A stretch of 64,000 nucleotides of DNA from an uncultured bacterium. Lineage in GTDB: Bacteria; Latescibacterota; MWCZ01. Under the pieces are notes generated by a model. That model searched no databases, was not told where the DNA came from, and saw only the letters and a list, made by a program, of their open reading frames with translations. The position numbers and the translations under genes were made by a program. The stretch covers positions 6,923-70,922 of the forward strand of contig CAZEAI010000008.1 of assembly GCA_964510105.1 (NCBI GenBank), read 5' to 3'. Below, one piece after another: positions 1 through 9,808 of this stretch. The first letter of the stretch is position 1. Every line of letters starts with the position of its first letter.

Positions 1-86
1 GGTGCGGGTCACGACATCCCTGTTGAGTCAGCGACCGAGCCCATTCCCGGCACAAGCCCAGGCTGACACCATGGGGGAGGACAACG

Positions 87-1871
87 ATGGACCAGAAACC
101 TGTCAACGCGAGATTGTGGCGAAGACTAGCGGCGACGTGGATCGATTCGCTGGTTGTCTATGCTGTTGCGTCATTCCTGATCGCAGTCACGGCGGCGGCG
201 AGCGTACGGGTCTCGATCGAGCCGCTCTACGTGCTGCTGGCCGCCGCTTATGGAGCGGCGCTTCTGGCATGGCGAGGGCAGACCGTCGGCAAGGCGCTGT
301 TGGGAGTCGCTGTCGTCGACAAGACCGGTGGCGTGCCGAGCCTACGGGCCGCGCTGATCCGGGAGGCCCTGGGCAAATGGGGCATCGCCGTCGTGGCGCC
401 TGCGATTCTCGGCAGAGCGTTGGTGGGCCAAGGCTGGGTGCCGACGGTGTACGACGTGCTGCTACTGCTGCCGGTGTCGCTATCCTTGCTCATCTACTAT
501 TTGATCGCGAAGAGGACCTGGTACGACCGACTGGCCGGCACGGCAGTCGTGCGCACCTCCGCGCCCGGCTTTCGGGCATGGCCGGCATTCCTGGCCCTGA
601 TCGGAGCGGCAATACTGGGGGCGGGTGTGAAGGCCGCGGAGTACGCACAGTACGACTACGTGCCCTGTCGCCTGGCCGTGTACAGAAGCATGAGTTCCAC
701 GGAACCGTACGTGGAGTTCCTGGAGAGGGGGCACGCCTCGCCCGTCGACTACGTCATCGGGCTGTTCGACCGGTACGACGTGGTCGTGTTGTGCGAACGC
801 CTGCATCCGGAGGCGTCGCAGTGGAACTTCATCTACGACGTCGTGCGCGACCCGAGGTTCATCGAGCGAGTCGGACACATCTTCACCGAGTACGGCCACG
901 TGGGGATGCAGGCGTACCTCGACGACTTCATGTCAACGGAAGGACTCGACACGAGCGAGGTGAATAGACGAGCGGTTCATATCATGCGAAACATGCCGAT
1001 CTGGCCGGCATGGACCAACACGAACCTCTACACATATCTCACGCGCCTGTACGCTCTGAACCAGTCCTTGCCCGCAGACGAAAGGATCCGGCATCATCTC
1101 ACCGACGCGGCGGTCGACTGGTCCGAGGTCATAACGGAAGAGGACTACCAGGCGTACCGGCGGACGCTTTGGGATCGCGACGAGGACATGGCGCGGACCG
1201 TGATCGACGAGATGGAACGTCTCACCGTATCGGCCGATGTGCGGCCCAAAGGCCTCGTGATAATGAACACCAGACACGCCTACGATCTCACTGGACGTTC
1301 GCCGGACGCCCGGCGTCGAAACACATACGAGTACATCAAGGACGCTCTCGGCGAGCGATCGGCCAACGTGCTACTCAATCAGAGCATACTCATCTCGATG
1401 CCCATAGCGGGGGGGCTGTGGGAAGTGGCGTTCAACGAAACGGGTCACGTGCCGGCCGGTTTCGACCTCGACGGATCACCCTTTGGCGAAGACCCGTTCG
1501 ACTTGTTCCCGTTCTTCCCGGCGGCAAGGGCAAGGCTCAGGTTCCGCGATGTCTTCACTGGATTCGCGTACACACACCCTTGGGAAGCACAGTATACGCA
1601 GAGCGGCACACCGCGTATGTATGAGGGTTTCGAGCAGGAGGTGCTGCGCCGAGCAAGGCTCGTCAGCGAGCACAACGTGCGCGCACATGAGGCCTGCATC
1701 AAGGCGGAGCGAGAGGGACAGGTGCCTCGCACCCAAGAGCTCCCCGGTCGGAAGTTCGAAATACTCATTGAGCTTGTGCTGCTCTGCCTGAACGGCGTCG
1801 GACTGCCGATAGGCATCGCTGCGTTCGCCACGTTCCAGCTACGCGCACGTTCGAAGGGGATCGCCGCATGA
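87..1871 (+). CDS. RDD-family membrane protein with a large C-terminal domain of unknown function
   Basis: N-terminus (RLWRRLAATWIDSLVVYAVASFLIAV...) matches the RDD transmembrane domain pattern, with about 4 hydrophobic helices. The C-terminal 400 aa have no family I can name. The ORF is long and clean and ends at TGA. Confidence 0.55.
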   Translation: MDQKPVNARLWRRLAATWIDSLVVYAVASFLIAVTAAASVRVSIEPLYVLLAAAYGAALLAWRGQTVGKALLGVAVVDKTGGVPSLRAALIREALGKWGIAVVAPAILGRALVGQGWVPTVYDVLLLLPVSLSLLIYYLIAKRTWYDRLAGTAVVRTSAPGFRAWPAFLALIGAAILGAGVKAAEYAQYDYVPCRLAVYRSMSSTEPYVEFLERGHASPVDYVIGLFDRYDVVVLCERLHPEASQWNFIYDVVRDPRFIERVGHIFTEYGHVGMQAYLDDFMSTEGLDTSEVNRRAVHIMRNMPIWPAWTNTNLYTYLTRLYALNQSLPADERIRHHLTDAAVDWSEVITEEDYQAYRRTLWDRDEDMARTVIDEMERLTVSADVRPKGLVIMNTRHAYDLTGRSPDARRRNTYEYIKDALGERSANVLLNQSILISMPIAGGLWEVAFNETGHVPAGFDLDGSPFGEDPFDLFPFFPAARARLRFRDVFTGFAYTHPWEAQYTQSGTPRMYEGFEQEVLRRARLVSEHNVRAHEACIKAEREGQVPRTQELPGRKFEILIELVLLCLNGVGLPIGIAAFATFQLRARSKGIAA

Positions 1872-1924
1872 CGACCGAGCCATGCACGCACCGGTATTGA
1901 TGCACGCGGAGCAGTACCGATCAA

Positions 1925-3409
1925 TCAGTCGCCAAACCAGAAGGAGTATAGCTCCGCCTGCCACAGGTGAAATCGGAGGCGCACGGTCCGGCCCATCAGC
2001 GCGGACAGGCTGTCGCTCCCACTCCAGCGGGCGACCTCGTCGATGCTGTCGACAGTCGCTGGCGCGCAATCCTCGCGCGTGAATCCAGCGAGCGCGCCGC
2101 CCGTATCCGCGTCGAGCACCTCCACGAGCACCTTGCCGCGCCACGAGTCCACGTTCAGGTGGAGCCGCTCCGCCGACACTACCAGCGGACATGTCAGCAC
2201 GCTACCCCATTCGACGCCGCCCTTGAGCGAGACGAAGCCGTCCATGCGCAGCCGCGCCATGCAGACAGCGCCCGCATCGAGGTATTTCCGGGCGAGCGTG
2301 TCCGCGATCGAGATGCTCCGATACCGCAGGCCGGTATAGTAGAACCACAGCTCGTTGTTGCGCACAACGGGCCCGTTGGTCGTGACGATCTGCCCAGTAT
2401 CGTAGGCGCTGCCGTCACCGATTGGCGAGTGTTCCATGAACACCGCACGGTCGGCGACGCGGTCCCACCGTCGCAGGTCGCGGCTCGACGCCAGCTCGAC
2501 GGATTTGCGGCTATCCACGTTCTCGTACATCGGTGGATGCTTCGCCGCCCAGTGGTGCATGACCGGCAGCGCCAGATGCATGCCTTCGTACGGAAACACG
2601 GGGAAGTTGTACACGTCCGTGCGCCACTCGTCCGGACGGTTGTACACCGGGCCGAGGTACGCTGGATCGTCGATGATCCGCTGCAGTCGTGCGGCGCCAT
2701 TCTCCTGATCTGTCTGATCGGCGTGGAACGCGAGTTCCTGATCCGACCAGTGCTCGAAGTCCTCGCTCGTCGTCAGGAAGAACGAACGGCCGTACGGTCC
2801 GCCGTGCTTGACCGTCGCGATGAAGAGCTTCCGCTCGGCGTCCAGGGTGACGTTGGCCTCGTCGCTGCTTGGCATCGACGCCCATCCGGGGTCCTCCCAG
2901 GTCAGCGCGTCCGCCGAGACGAGCGGCTTCAGCTCACCGCCGCGGTACGCCAGACCCTTGAATCGGCGGCTCGGATCGTCGTCATGGGGATCGTGGATCG
3001 GTCCGAGCAGCATGCCCTGCGCCGACGGCAGGATGTTGTTGGCCGTGCCGATCGGCTCGCCGTTCCAGCGCGGCCCCTCGTAGTCGTGCAGCCCGAGGAT
3101 CGGCTTCTCCCAGTTCACTCCGTCGCTGGACGTCGCGTAGCAGTAGAAGGCGCTCCCGCCCGCCGGCGCACCGGTGGCATCGAGCCGGACTTCGGGGTCA
3201 AGCGATTCGGCCGAGCTCAGGTAGATCATCGTAAAACATTGCTCGACAGGGTCCCACGCCGGGGTCGTGCGGATCTGTATCGCGCAGTTCTCCCAGCGAT
3301 GTTCCGGGCGCACGACGGCGTTGCCGGGGGCTTTCTCCGGCTGATGGAGCTTGCGGGCGAGGTTGTGGATATCCTCGATATCGTGGTCGTCGATGAACAG
3401 GTGTTTCAT
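1925..3409 (-). CDS. beta-propeller glycoside hydrolase-like protein (GH32/43/130 clan-like)
   Basis: 494-aa ORF with buried-Asp/aromatic blade motifs (ELWFYYTG, DGFVSL, WSDQELAF) typical of 5-bladed beta-propeller glycosidases. The family assignment is tentative. Confidence 0.45.
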   Translation of the reverse strand: MKHLFIDDHDIEDIHNLARKLHQPEKAPGNAVVRPEHRWENCAIQIRTTPAWDPVEQCFTMIYLSSAESLDPEVRLDATGAPAGGSAFYCYATSSDGVNWEKPILGLHDYEGPRWNGEPIGTANNILPSAQGMLLGPIHDPHDDDPSRRFKGLAYRGGELKPLVSADALTWEDPGWASMPSSDEANVTLDAERKLFIATVKHGGPYGRSFFLTTSEDFEHWSDQELAFHADQTDQENGAARLQRIIDDPAYLGPVYNRPDEWRTDVYNFPVFPYEGMHLALPVMHHWAAKHPPMYENVDSRKSVELASSRDLRRWDRVADRAVFMEHSPIGDGSAYDTGQIVTTNGPVVRNNELWFYYTGLRYRSISIADTLARKYLDAGAVCMARLRMDGFVSLKGGVEWGSVLTCPLVVSAERLHLNVDSWRGKVLVEVLDADTGGALAGFTREDCAPATVDSIDEVARWSGSDSLSALMGRTVRLRFHLWQAELYSFWFGD

Positions 3410-3475
3410 CGCTGCCTCCCTCGGTCCAGCCGATTACTCGCGCCGCCCAATCGCAGCGCTCGTTCACCGACCGGA

Positions 3476-4606
3476 TCATATCCAACCGGTAAGTTCGGCC
3501 AGCAGGCGGCTGTAGTCCACGAAGTCCGACCACGAGATGTCGTGCGGCACCCCGTGGTCGCAGCCGGGGATGTAGCCACCATCCCTGAGTAACGGCGGCA
3601 CCACGCGCATCACCTCCCGGCGCATCTCATCACCCCCGGCGGCGATAGATCGCTTGTCGATGCCCCCCATGAATGCCATGTCCGTCCCGAATCGCTCGCG
3701 CAGCGCGACGATGTCGTTACCCGCGGCGACTTCCATCGGTCGGCACGAGTTGATGCCGGACTCGATCCAGATGGGCATCAGCTCATCGACCCGTCCGTCC
3801 GAGTCCATGTTCACTACCGGACATCCGCCGGCTTTGATCGCGGGCACCCACCGGTCGTATGACGGCTGAAGGAAGCGTCGCGCCATGGCCGGCGAGATCA
3901 TGCTGTGCGCTTTGTAGGCCATGTCCTCCGATATTTCGATGTACTCCAGTCGGACCCGGTCCAGAACCGGTTGCATAGTTGCAGAGACGAAGTCTGCCCA
4001 GAACCGAGCCATCTCATCCACGAGTTCCGGGTCGTCGATCATCAGCACGCACAGACGCTCCATCCCGCACCACTCCCGCAGTTGCCAGAACGGAGCGTTG
4101 AAATGAACCATGGCGACGTCGTCGTGCCCTTCGTGGGCTCGACAGCGTTCCTCGAAGTCATCGGGGAACCGCCCCTCGGCTCCAGACTCGTAGCGACACT
4201 TCATGTTCTCCCAGTCGTCGCGGCCCTCGACGGGGAACTTGTGCCACTTGCGCGTGACGAAGTCCTTGCCGTAGCGGATGTAGGTGTAGTCGTACTCGTC
4301 CGATATCTCGGTGATAGCCCCCATCCAGTCCTGGACGATGTAGTGCCCATCCCGGTGTTCGAGCACCTTCTCCTCGAACTGCGGGATCATCCGGAAATCG
4401 ACACCGAGATCGGAAGCCGGAACAGCTGGCTCGTTCGGATGGAATCCGAGTGCGTCGTAGACAGCCTCCATGTAGTCGACGCCATCGGGCAGACCTTCCC
4501 GCTGCCACCGGGAAAGCGTCTTCTCGCGTGGGTGACCGGGAGCGAAGGGCACCCGGTCGGGGTTGCCGAACCGCATTGTCTCGATAAAGCGCTCGCGCTG
4601 ATTCAT
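3476..4606 (-). CDS. uroporphyrinogen decarboxylase (URO-D)-superfamily protein (MtaA/CmuA-like)
   Basis: N-terminal MNQRERFIETMRFGNPDRVPF plus a roughly 370-aa length and downstream conserved blocks typical of the URO-D/methyltransferase family. Confidence 0.65.
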   Translation of the reverse strand: MNQRERFIETMRFGNPDRVPFAPGHPREKTLSRWQREGLPDGVDYMEAVYDALGFHPNEPAVPASDLGVDFRMIPQFEEKVLEHRDGHYIVQDWMGAITEISDEYDYTYIRYGKDFVTRKWHKFPVEGRDDWENMKCRYESGAEGRFPDDFEERCRAHEGHDDVAMVHFNAPFWQLREWCGMERLCVLMIDDPELVDEMARFWADFVSATMQPVLDRVRLEYIEISEDMAYKAHSMISPAMARRFLQPSYDRWVPAIKAGGCPVVNMDSDGRVDELMPIWIESGINSCRPMEVAAGNDIVALRERFGTDMAFMGGIDKRSIAAGGDEMRREVMRVVPPLLRDGGYIPGCDHGVPHDISWSDFVDYSRLLAELTGWI

Positions 4607-4700
4607 GCTGTGTGTCGCTCCATGTGGTCGTGGTCGGCTTCGCCTTGCCCACCCGCGTCGCTTCCGCGCGACGGGTTGGGGGCCGGTCTCGGTACCGCCG

Positions 4701-5792
4701 CTACTCCATGTTGTCCGGATCCCAGATCGTGGCGGCTATGTGCTGCTCGGGACGCTCCGGTGTCGTGTAGTAGTAGATCGTGACAAGCCTGCCGTCCGGT
4801 CGCTGGACCATGCGCGGGTATCCCAGATCCCACGTTCGCCCATCGTCTCGCAGGATCATCTCATCCCCCCACGTGGCGCCACCGTCGGCGCTGAGTTTCG
4901 CCCGGATTCCGTAGGGAGCGGCGCGGTATCCGTATGCAACGCAGAGCCTGCCGTCCGCGAGGCATACCATGGCCGAGGGATTACCGTTGCGCCCGGCGCC
5001 CGGCGCCGTCTCGGCAACCTTGCTGAGAAACTCCCACGTCGCGCCGTCGTCGTCCGATCGATAGACGTCTATCCAGTTGTCGTCGACGATTTCGCCGCCA
5101 GGTCCCTCGGTGTCTATTCGCCTGCGCAGCGCCGACACGAGCGTGGTCTCGGAGCAGCGAACAGTGGAGGGCATCACCGACCGCGCCTTGTCTTCAGGCG
5201 AGGTCATCCACGACACGAACTCGAACGTTCTCCCGGCGTCGGCCGTCCGCAGACACACCGCGCGATCACTCATCTTCGCCCCCACATTCGGAGCAATCGC
5301 GGACATGAAGACGTGACAGTCCGATCCGTCGTTGACGATGTAGTCGGTCCGGGCGGTAAGCTTCTCGCCGACTCCCGGCAATTCGTACGGACCCTCCCAT
5401 GTCCTGCAACGGTCGTAGGACACCAGGAACACGTTCCCACCGCAACGCATGGCGAAGTCCGGATGGGCGAAGTCGATTCCGCTCTGCGGCGTCGCGAGAT
5501 CGTCGACATCATCCGTCGTCCACCTGAAGCCGTCGTGGCGGGGAAGGTCACCGGGCTCCTCGACGCTCCACGTCTCGCCGCCATCCAGGCTTCGCGCTAG
5601 GACGCTCCGACTGGGTCGCTCTCGATCCTTCGAGTGAGACGTGTCGCTGGCCTTGTAGTATGCCTGCTCGAAGCCGACGACGATCTCGCCGTCCCAGCTC
5701 CAGTCGCCTGCGTTGGCTGGCCATCCGCCGAAGCGACCGGGCTCGTAGTAGACGACCACGTGCACCTTCGACGACCTTGCGTTCTCGCTCAC
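4701..5792 (-). CDS. BNR-repeat exo-alpha-sialidase-like glycoside hydrolase
   Basis: Repeated S-x-D-x-G-x-T-W motifs (SLDGGETW, TADAGRTF, SDDDGATW, SADGGATW) are characteristic of BNR/sialidase beta-propellers. Confidence 0.65.
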   Translation of the reverse strand: MSENARSSKVHVVVYYEPGRFGGWPANAGDWSWDGEIVVGFEQAYYKASDTSHSKDRERPSRSVLARSLDGGETWSVEEPGDLPRHDGFRWTTDDVDDLATPQSGIDFAHPDFAMRCGGNVFLVSYDRCRTWEGPYELPGVGEKLTARTDYIVNDGSDCHVFMSAIAPNVGAKMSDRAVCLRTADAGRTFEFVSWMTSPEDKARSVMPSTVRCSETTLVSALRRRIDTEGPGGEIVDDNWIDVYRSDDDGATWEFLSKVAETAPGAGRNGNPSAMVCLADGRLCVAYGYRAAPYGIRAKLSADGGATWGDEMILRDDGRTWDLGYPRMVQRPDGRLVTIYYYTTPERPEQHIAATIWDPDNME

Positions 5793-6120
5793 CGCTCTCT
5801 CCCTCCGTACGACCGCCCACCGGCGAGGCGACTACTGCTGCTCTGTGCCGCGGGATCGAACCCAACCCGCCGCGACACTGACCGTCGCCGTCGGTCCACT
5901 CTCCGCATCGGTATCCATGAACATGTAGCGGAATCCTGCGCGCGGGGCCATGCCGCCGGTGTGTTGCGTCGGGCCGAAGCGGTGTTACTTTCGCGAGTAG
6001 TTGGGCGGGCGGGCTCAAGCACCCGATATCCGGGAATGAGCGTCTCGGCCCCGGGGTAGTGTCGACCATCGGAATGAGCTCGACATCTCAGGCAACGCAG
6101 CTGCAGGGAGCAAGGCAGAC

Positions 6121-6840
6121 ATGTCGGACAGGAAATACGTACGACCAGACATCGACCGCGCCCAACTCGTGAATCCTGCCCGTCAGGCCGGTGAGTTCAC
6201 GCTCGAGGAGAACGAGATACAGCGGATCTTCGACGAGCGCGTCCGGCAGGAAAGGACGACATTCGGCGTTGCCCACCACCAGTACGACGCTCCGTTCAAC
6301 TACGACAATTTCCGCGTCGAGCTGGGCCGCCCGTGGGAGAACGCGGCGAATCAGAGCCGGCCGGACGCACCCGAGGAGGACCTGGGAAGCCGCTCCGATG
6401 AGTACGAGCCAGGCTACGTTGGCGCCGAGATGAATCCGGATGGCGTCGAGATCGACGTCCCTCCTTACGGCGCCATCACGTTCGTGGAAGATCAGCCGAT
6501 CGTCGAAGTCACCGTCGTCGGCAGCGCGTGCGTTCCGCCGGGGTACGTGCTGCTCCACGGTGAGCCGGTGGAATGGACGTACGCCAGATCCGGTGTGAAG
6601 ATGCGCGTGGACAACCTCTGGGGCGAGCACCTCCGGTGGCATCTGTGGAGCAAAGGCATCGACGAGAGCTACCGCGACGCAGGACTGAGCTGCGCCATCT
6701 TCCGGACTCCGCCGTGCCGCAAGATCACGATCATGGCAGGCAGCCAACACACGATCGACGCGCTGGACGTCAAGAACATGCGCCACGACGCTCATTACGC
6801 GGTGCGGCATATCTACGTCACGATGCAGACACCGGCATAG
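6121..6840 (+). CDS. hypothetical protein
   Basis: 239-aa ORF preceded by an AGGGAG RBS-like motif. No recognisable family. Confidence 0.4.
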   Translation: MSDRKYVRPDIDRAQLVNPARQAGEFTLEENEIQRIFDERVRQERTTFGVAHHQYDAPFNYDNFRVELGRPWENAANQSRPDAPEEDLGSRSDEYEPGYVGAEMNPDGVEIDVPPYGAITFVEDQPIVEVTVVGSACVPPGYVLLHGEPVEWTYARSGVKMRVDNLWGEHLRWHLWSKGIDESYRDAGLSCAIFRTPPCRKITIMAGSQHTIDALDVKNMRHDAHYAVRHIYVTMQTPA

Positions 6841-6850
6841 CGGCGGCGCA

Positions 6851-9751
6851 TCACTCGCCGCTCAATGCCGCCGAGACAGCGCGGACATCTCCGTAGATGT
6901 CGTCCCAGCCGGTGTAGCGGGCATCGAAGATCACGAGCGCTTCCTCCGCGAGGCCCCGCAACGGCGAGAGGTCGAGACCGGAGTCGACAACCGGTTTGTG
7001 CGCGTCGTACGACTGCCCAAACGCGTCGGCCGCTGAGGCATTCACGAGTACGCACCCAAGCGATGCGGTCGCGGCCCTGACGCTCTCCACCGCCTCGACA
7101 AGCGTCTGCCCGTACATCGTCGCATGGCCGGTGTTGAGCGCGTAGCGAAGGTTCGTCGCGCCGACCTCTCCGACGAATCCCAGCATCGCCTCGGCCGTTC
7201 CATGCCACTTCACCGGGTGGTGCTCGAGATTCAGCGACGGATCGTCGGGATGCGATACATCCACGCCGTAGTAGGATTCGCCCGGTTGGTGCTGCACGTA
7301 CAACGTCACGTTCCGCTCGCGAGCCCGCCGACAGAGATCGTCGACACCGCGCAGAAACGACTCGTCGATGCCCACTTGGTCGCACGGGTACTCCGGCTCC
7401 CGGTGGAGAGAGATCACCGCGTCGCGAGCGCCCCAGAGCGCCATCTTGTCCAGTAGCTCGTCGATGATGACGACGCTCTCCTCGTACCGCATCGCGAAGT
7501 TGTCGAGCAGCGTCAGATCGGGGTAGAAGTTCAGGCCGGAGCTGACGTCGACGATCAGCCGCAGCGACTGCCGTTCCAGCCAGCCTTTTTCGCGAGCGAG
7601 CTGCTCGACACTCCGCGTTCGGAGATAGCGCCAGTCGACCTTGACGCCGTCGAAATGCTGGAAGTACGTCGGCCACGCGAGTATCGCCGACTTCGCGTCG
7701 GATACGCCCGGCACCGCAAGGGCTCGGTTCCTGACTGGGGCGGGAGGCTCCGCTTCGGGCAGCATCCGCACGTCCGCGCCGGAAAGTGAAACCTCGAACA
7801 GTCGCACGTCGCCGCCGGCAATGGTATCGGCTGTCGACGCGCCGCGAGTGTCGTCGAACCCGGTCGGTCCGTAGCCCGGCGCATTCGCTTCGGAGCGATC
7901 GAGGGTGAGTTCGCGCAGCCCGGTCACCGTGCCGGTTGTCGCTGAGATGGCGAGTGGCTTCTCGTCCAGACCGTTGTTCTGAACGCCGAGGGTGTACGCG
8001 CCGTCGGGCCGTCTGCATGCGATGAAGCTCAGATCCTCGCCGACGGCAAAGATCTGCTGCATGCCGAATTCGTCGGCCAGCACGCGCTTCACGTGTTCCA
8101 GCATCGTGAATGGACACGGCAGCGCGCGCTCCTCCCCGCTCTCGACAGGCCCTGTCACCAGCGGTTCGGAGTTCAGGCCCAGCGGGCTGAGCAGGAGCGT
8201 GATATGCCCCGCGCCGAGCGGGATGAGCGAGATCGCCGGTTGCCCGGCACACTCCGCGATGGTTTCGGCCCCGGCGGGCAGCTCGATGGTGCAAAGCTCA
8301 AAGGCGTTCACTTCCTCGACCGATGCGCCGTCGGCAAATCGGACCGTGCTGCCGGTTGGGACCGGGTGCGCGCTGCCTATACCCCATTCCGGCCAGATAG
8401 CACGAGCATTCGCCGCTGTGACGACCAGGCTGCCGCCACCGTCGACGAACTGCTCCAGATTGTAGCGCGTCTCGGCGTTCGCCCCCTCGTTCAGTGTACC
8501 GGCGAGGACCACCAGGCCGTACTGCCCGAGCACCCACGACGAAGCATCTGACAGCAGGCAATCCGCGATGTCTCCGTACGGAGTGGGCGAGAGGAAGCCG
8601 CGCTCATCCCGGAAGTATGAGGCGTCCTCGTAGCCGGGGTACAGCACGGAAAGCACAGCGTGGGTCAGGTAGTCGCCCGCGTCGTACGGCATGGCTCCCC
8701 ACACCTGGTAGTAGTGCTCCGTGTAGAGATGGCGCGGCACCGCCCACCCGGCGAAGTGATCCAGCATGAGCGCGACCGGGGCATGCATGACACCGGGCTG
8801 TCCGTGCTCCTTCACGAAGCGCGCCGCACCGGCCTGTATCTGACCGATCGGCGACAACTGCCTCTCGTCGCCATCTCCGATAATCCACCCACTCTCGAAT
8901 CCGGCGGCGACGCAGTTATAGAGGTAGTGGGTGTACATCAGGCGCTTCATGAGCGACAGACTCGTGCCCAGCCCGGGACCGTAGGTGTACCCCTGCGCTT
9001 CTCCCTCGCTGCCGTATTCCTTGAGGCTCCAGCGGTTGAACACCGACACGTTGCCGAACCACGGTATGCCGTACTGCCTGCCCGCACCTCGGATGAAGGC
9101 ATAGTAGATTTGCGAGTTCGGCAGCGCCTGCGCTGTCTCGGCGCCGATGAGTGTGTGGTTGCCCTCCCGTATCTGATAGTGCCCGAAGCTGAGCGAGACG
9201 AGTGTGCTCAGGTGGTTGTCCAGATCGTCGCCCATGCGTTCGAAGTGGCGCTGGAAGTTCAGGTAGTGCGCGAAGCGATCGTCCGGCGATGGGCACTGCT
9301 GCTGAGCGTAGCCTCCTATGTACCTGCCGTCCTGCTCGCCATTGTCGATACTGAGGAACCGGTCTCCGAGGATGCGCGTCAGTTCACCGACCATGCCATC
9401 AGGTGGCATGATGTGTCCCCACTTCGTCGGATCGCCGGAGCCGGGTACGTGGCCCGAGATGTCGAACAGATACAGGTCGCGGTTCGCTACTTCCTCTACC
9501 AGCTCCAGGAAGTTCTCCGTGTGAATCGTGGGGAGCAGTAGCCACAACACGTTGCCCAGGCCGAAGCGGTCAACGTACTCATCCAGCGCCTCGCGCCAGC
9601 CGACGAGCCTGCCATCCTTTGTGCCGAAATTCCTGAGCGTGATGAACTGCATCCGGTTCCGGAAGGTCTCCCACGTCGGCACGCGCACGTGCCGGCGCTG
9701 ATAGTCCGGGTGGATGGTCGGATCAAGCAGATGCGGGTATATCGTCGCCAC
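6851..9751 (-). CDS. large multidomain protein: N-terminal glycoside-hydrolase-like region fused to a C-terminal xylose-isomerase-like TIM-barrel (sugar phosphate isomerase/epimerase) domain
   Basis: 966-aa ORF. The C-terminal roughly 270 aa (LIVDVSSGLNFYPDL...TLYVQHQPGE...LRYALNTGHATMYG) resemble AP-endonuclease-2 / xylose-isomerase-like TIM-barrel proteins. The N-terminal roughly 650 aa are unassigned. Confidence 0.45.
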   Translation of the reverse strand: MATIYPHLLDPTIHPDYQRRHVRVPTWETFRNRMQFITLRNFGTKDGRLVGWREALDEYVDRFGLGNVLWLLLPTIHTENFLELVEEVANRDLYLFDISGHVPGSGDPTKWGHIMPPDGMVGELTRILGDRFLSIDNGEQDGRYIGGYAQQQCPSPDDRFAHYLNFQRHFERMGDDLDNHLSTLVSLSFGHYQIREGNHTLIGAETAQALPNSQIYYAFIRGAGRQYGIPWFGNVSVFNRWSLKEYGSEGEAQGYTYGPGLGTSLSLMKRLMYTHYLYNCVAAGFESGWIIGDGDERQLSPIGQIQAGAARFVKEHGQPGVMHAPVALMLDHFAGWAVPRHLYTEHYYQVWGAMPYDAGDYLTHAVLSVLYPGYEDASYFRDERGFLSPTPYGDIADCLLSDASSWVLGQYGLVVLAGTLNEGANAETRYNLEQFVDGGGSLVVTAANARAIWPEWGIGSAHPVPTGSTVRFADGASVEEVNAFELCTIELPAGAETIAECAGQPAISLIPLGAGHITLLLSPLGLNSEPLVTGPVESGEERALPCPFTMLEHVKRVLADEFGMQQIFAVGEDLSFIACRRPDGAYTLGVQNNGLDEKPLAISATTGTVTGLRELTLDRSEANAPGYGPTGFDDTRGASTADTIAGGDVRLFEVSLSGADVRMLPEAEPPAPVRNRALAVPGVSDAKSAILAWPTYFQHFDGVKVDWRYLRTRSVEQLAREKGWLERQSLRLIVDVSSGLNFYPDLTLLDNFAMRYEESVVIIDELLDKMALWGARDAVISLHREPEYPCDQVGIDESFLRGVDDLCRRARERNVTLYVQHQPGESYYGVDVSHPDDPSLNLEHHPVKWHGTAEAMLGFVGEVGATNLRYALNTGHATMYGQTLVEAVESVRAATASLGCVLVNASAADAFGQSYDAHKPVVDSGLDLSPLRGLAEEALVIFDARYTGWDDIYGDVRAVSAALSGE

Positions 9752-9808
9752 GGTCAGGTCCTCTCAACATGTGCGCGGCGGAGCACTTCGCCACGAGACG
9801 GCGCGTGG

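Noticed and set aside
2-967. 321-aa ORF at the window start
   Set aside because: It is Arg/Gly/Ala-rich with no motifs and lies entirely inside the well-supported RDD-protein frame. It is a typical high-GC alternative-frame artefact. The same applies to the many overlapping or antisense ORFs in the track, for example 6813-8294, 8660-9541, 16604-17374, 18098-19246, 21494-22855, 22195-23583, 23558-25540, 43651-44841 and 46747-48243.
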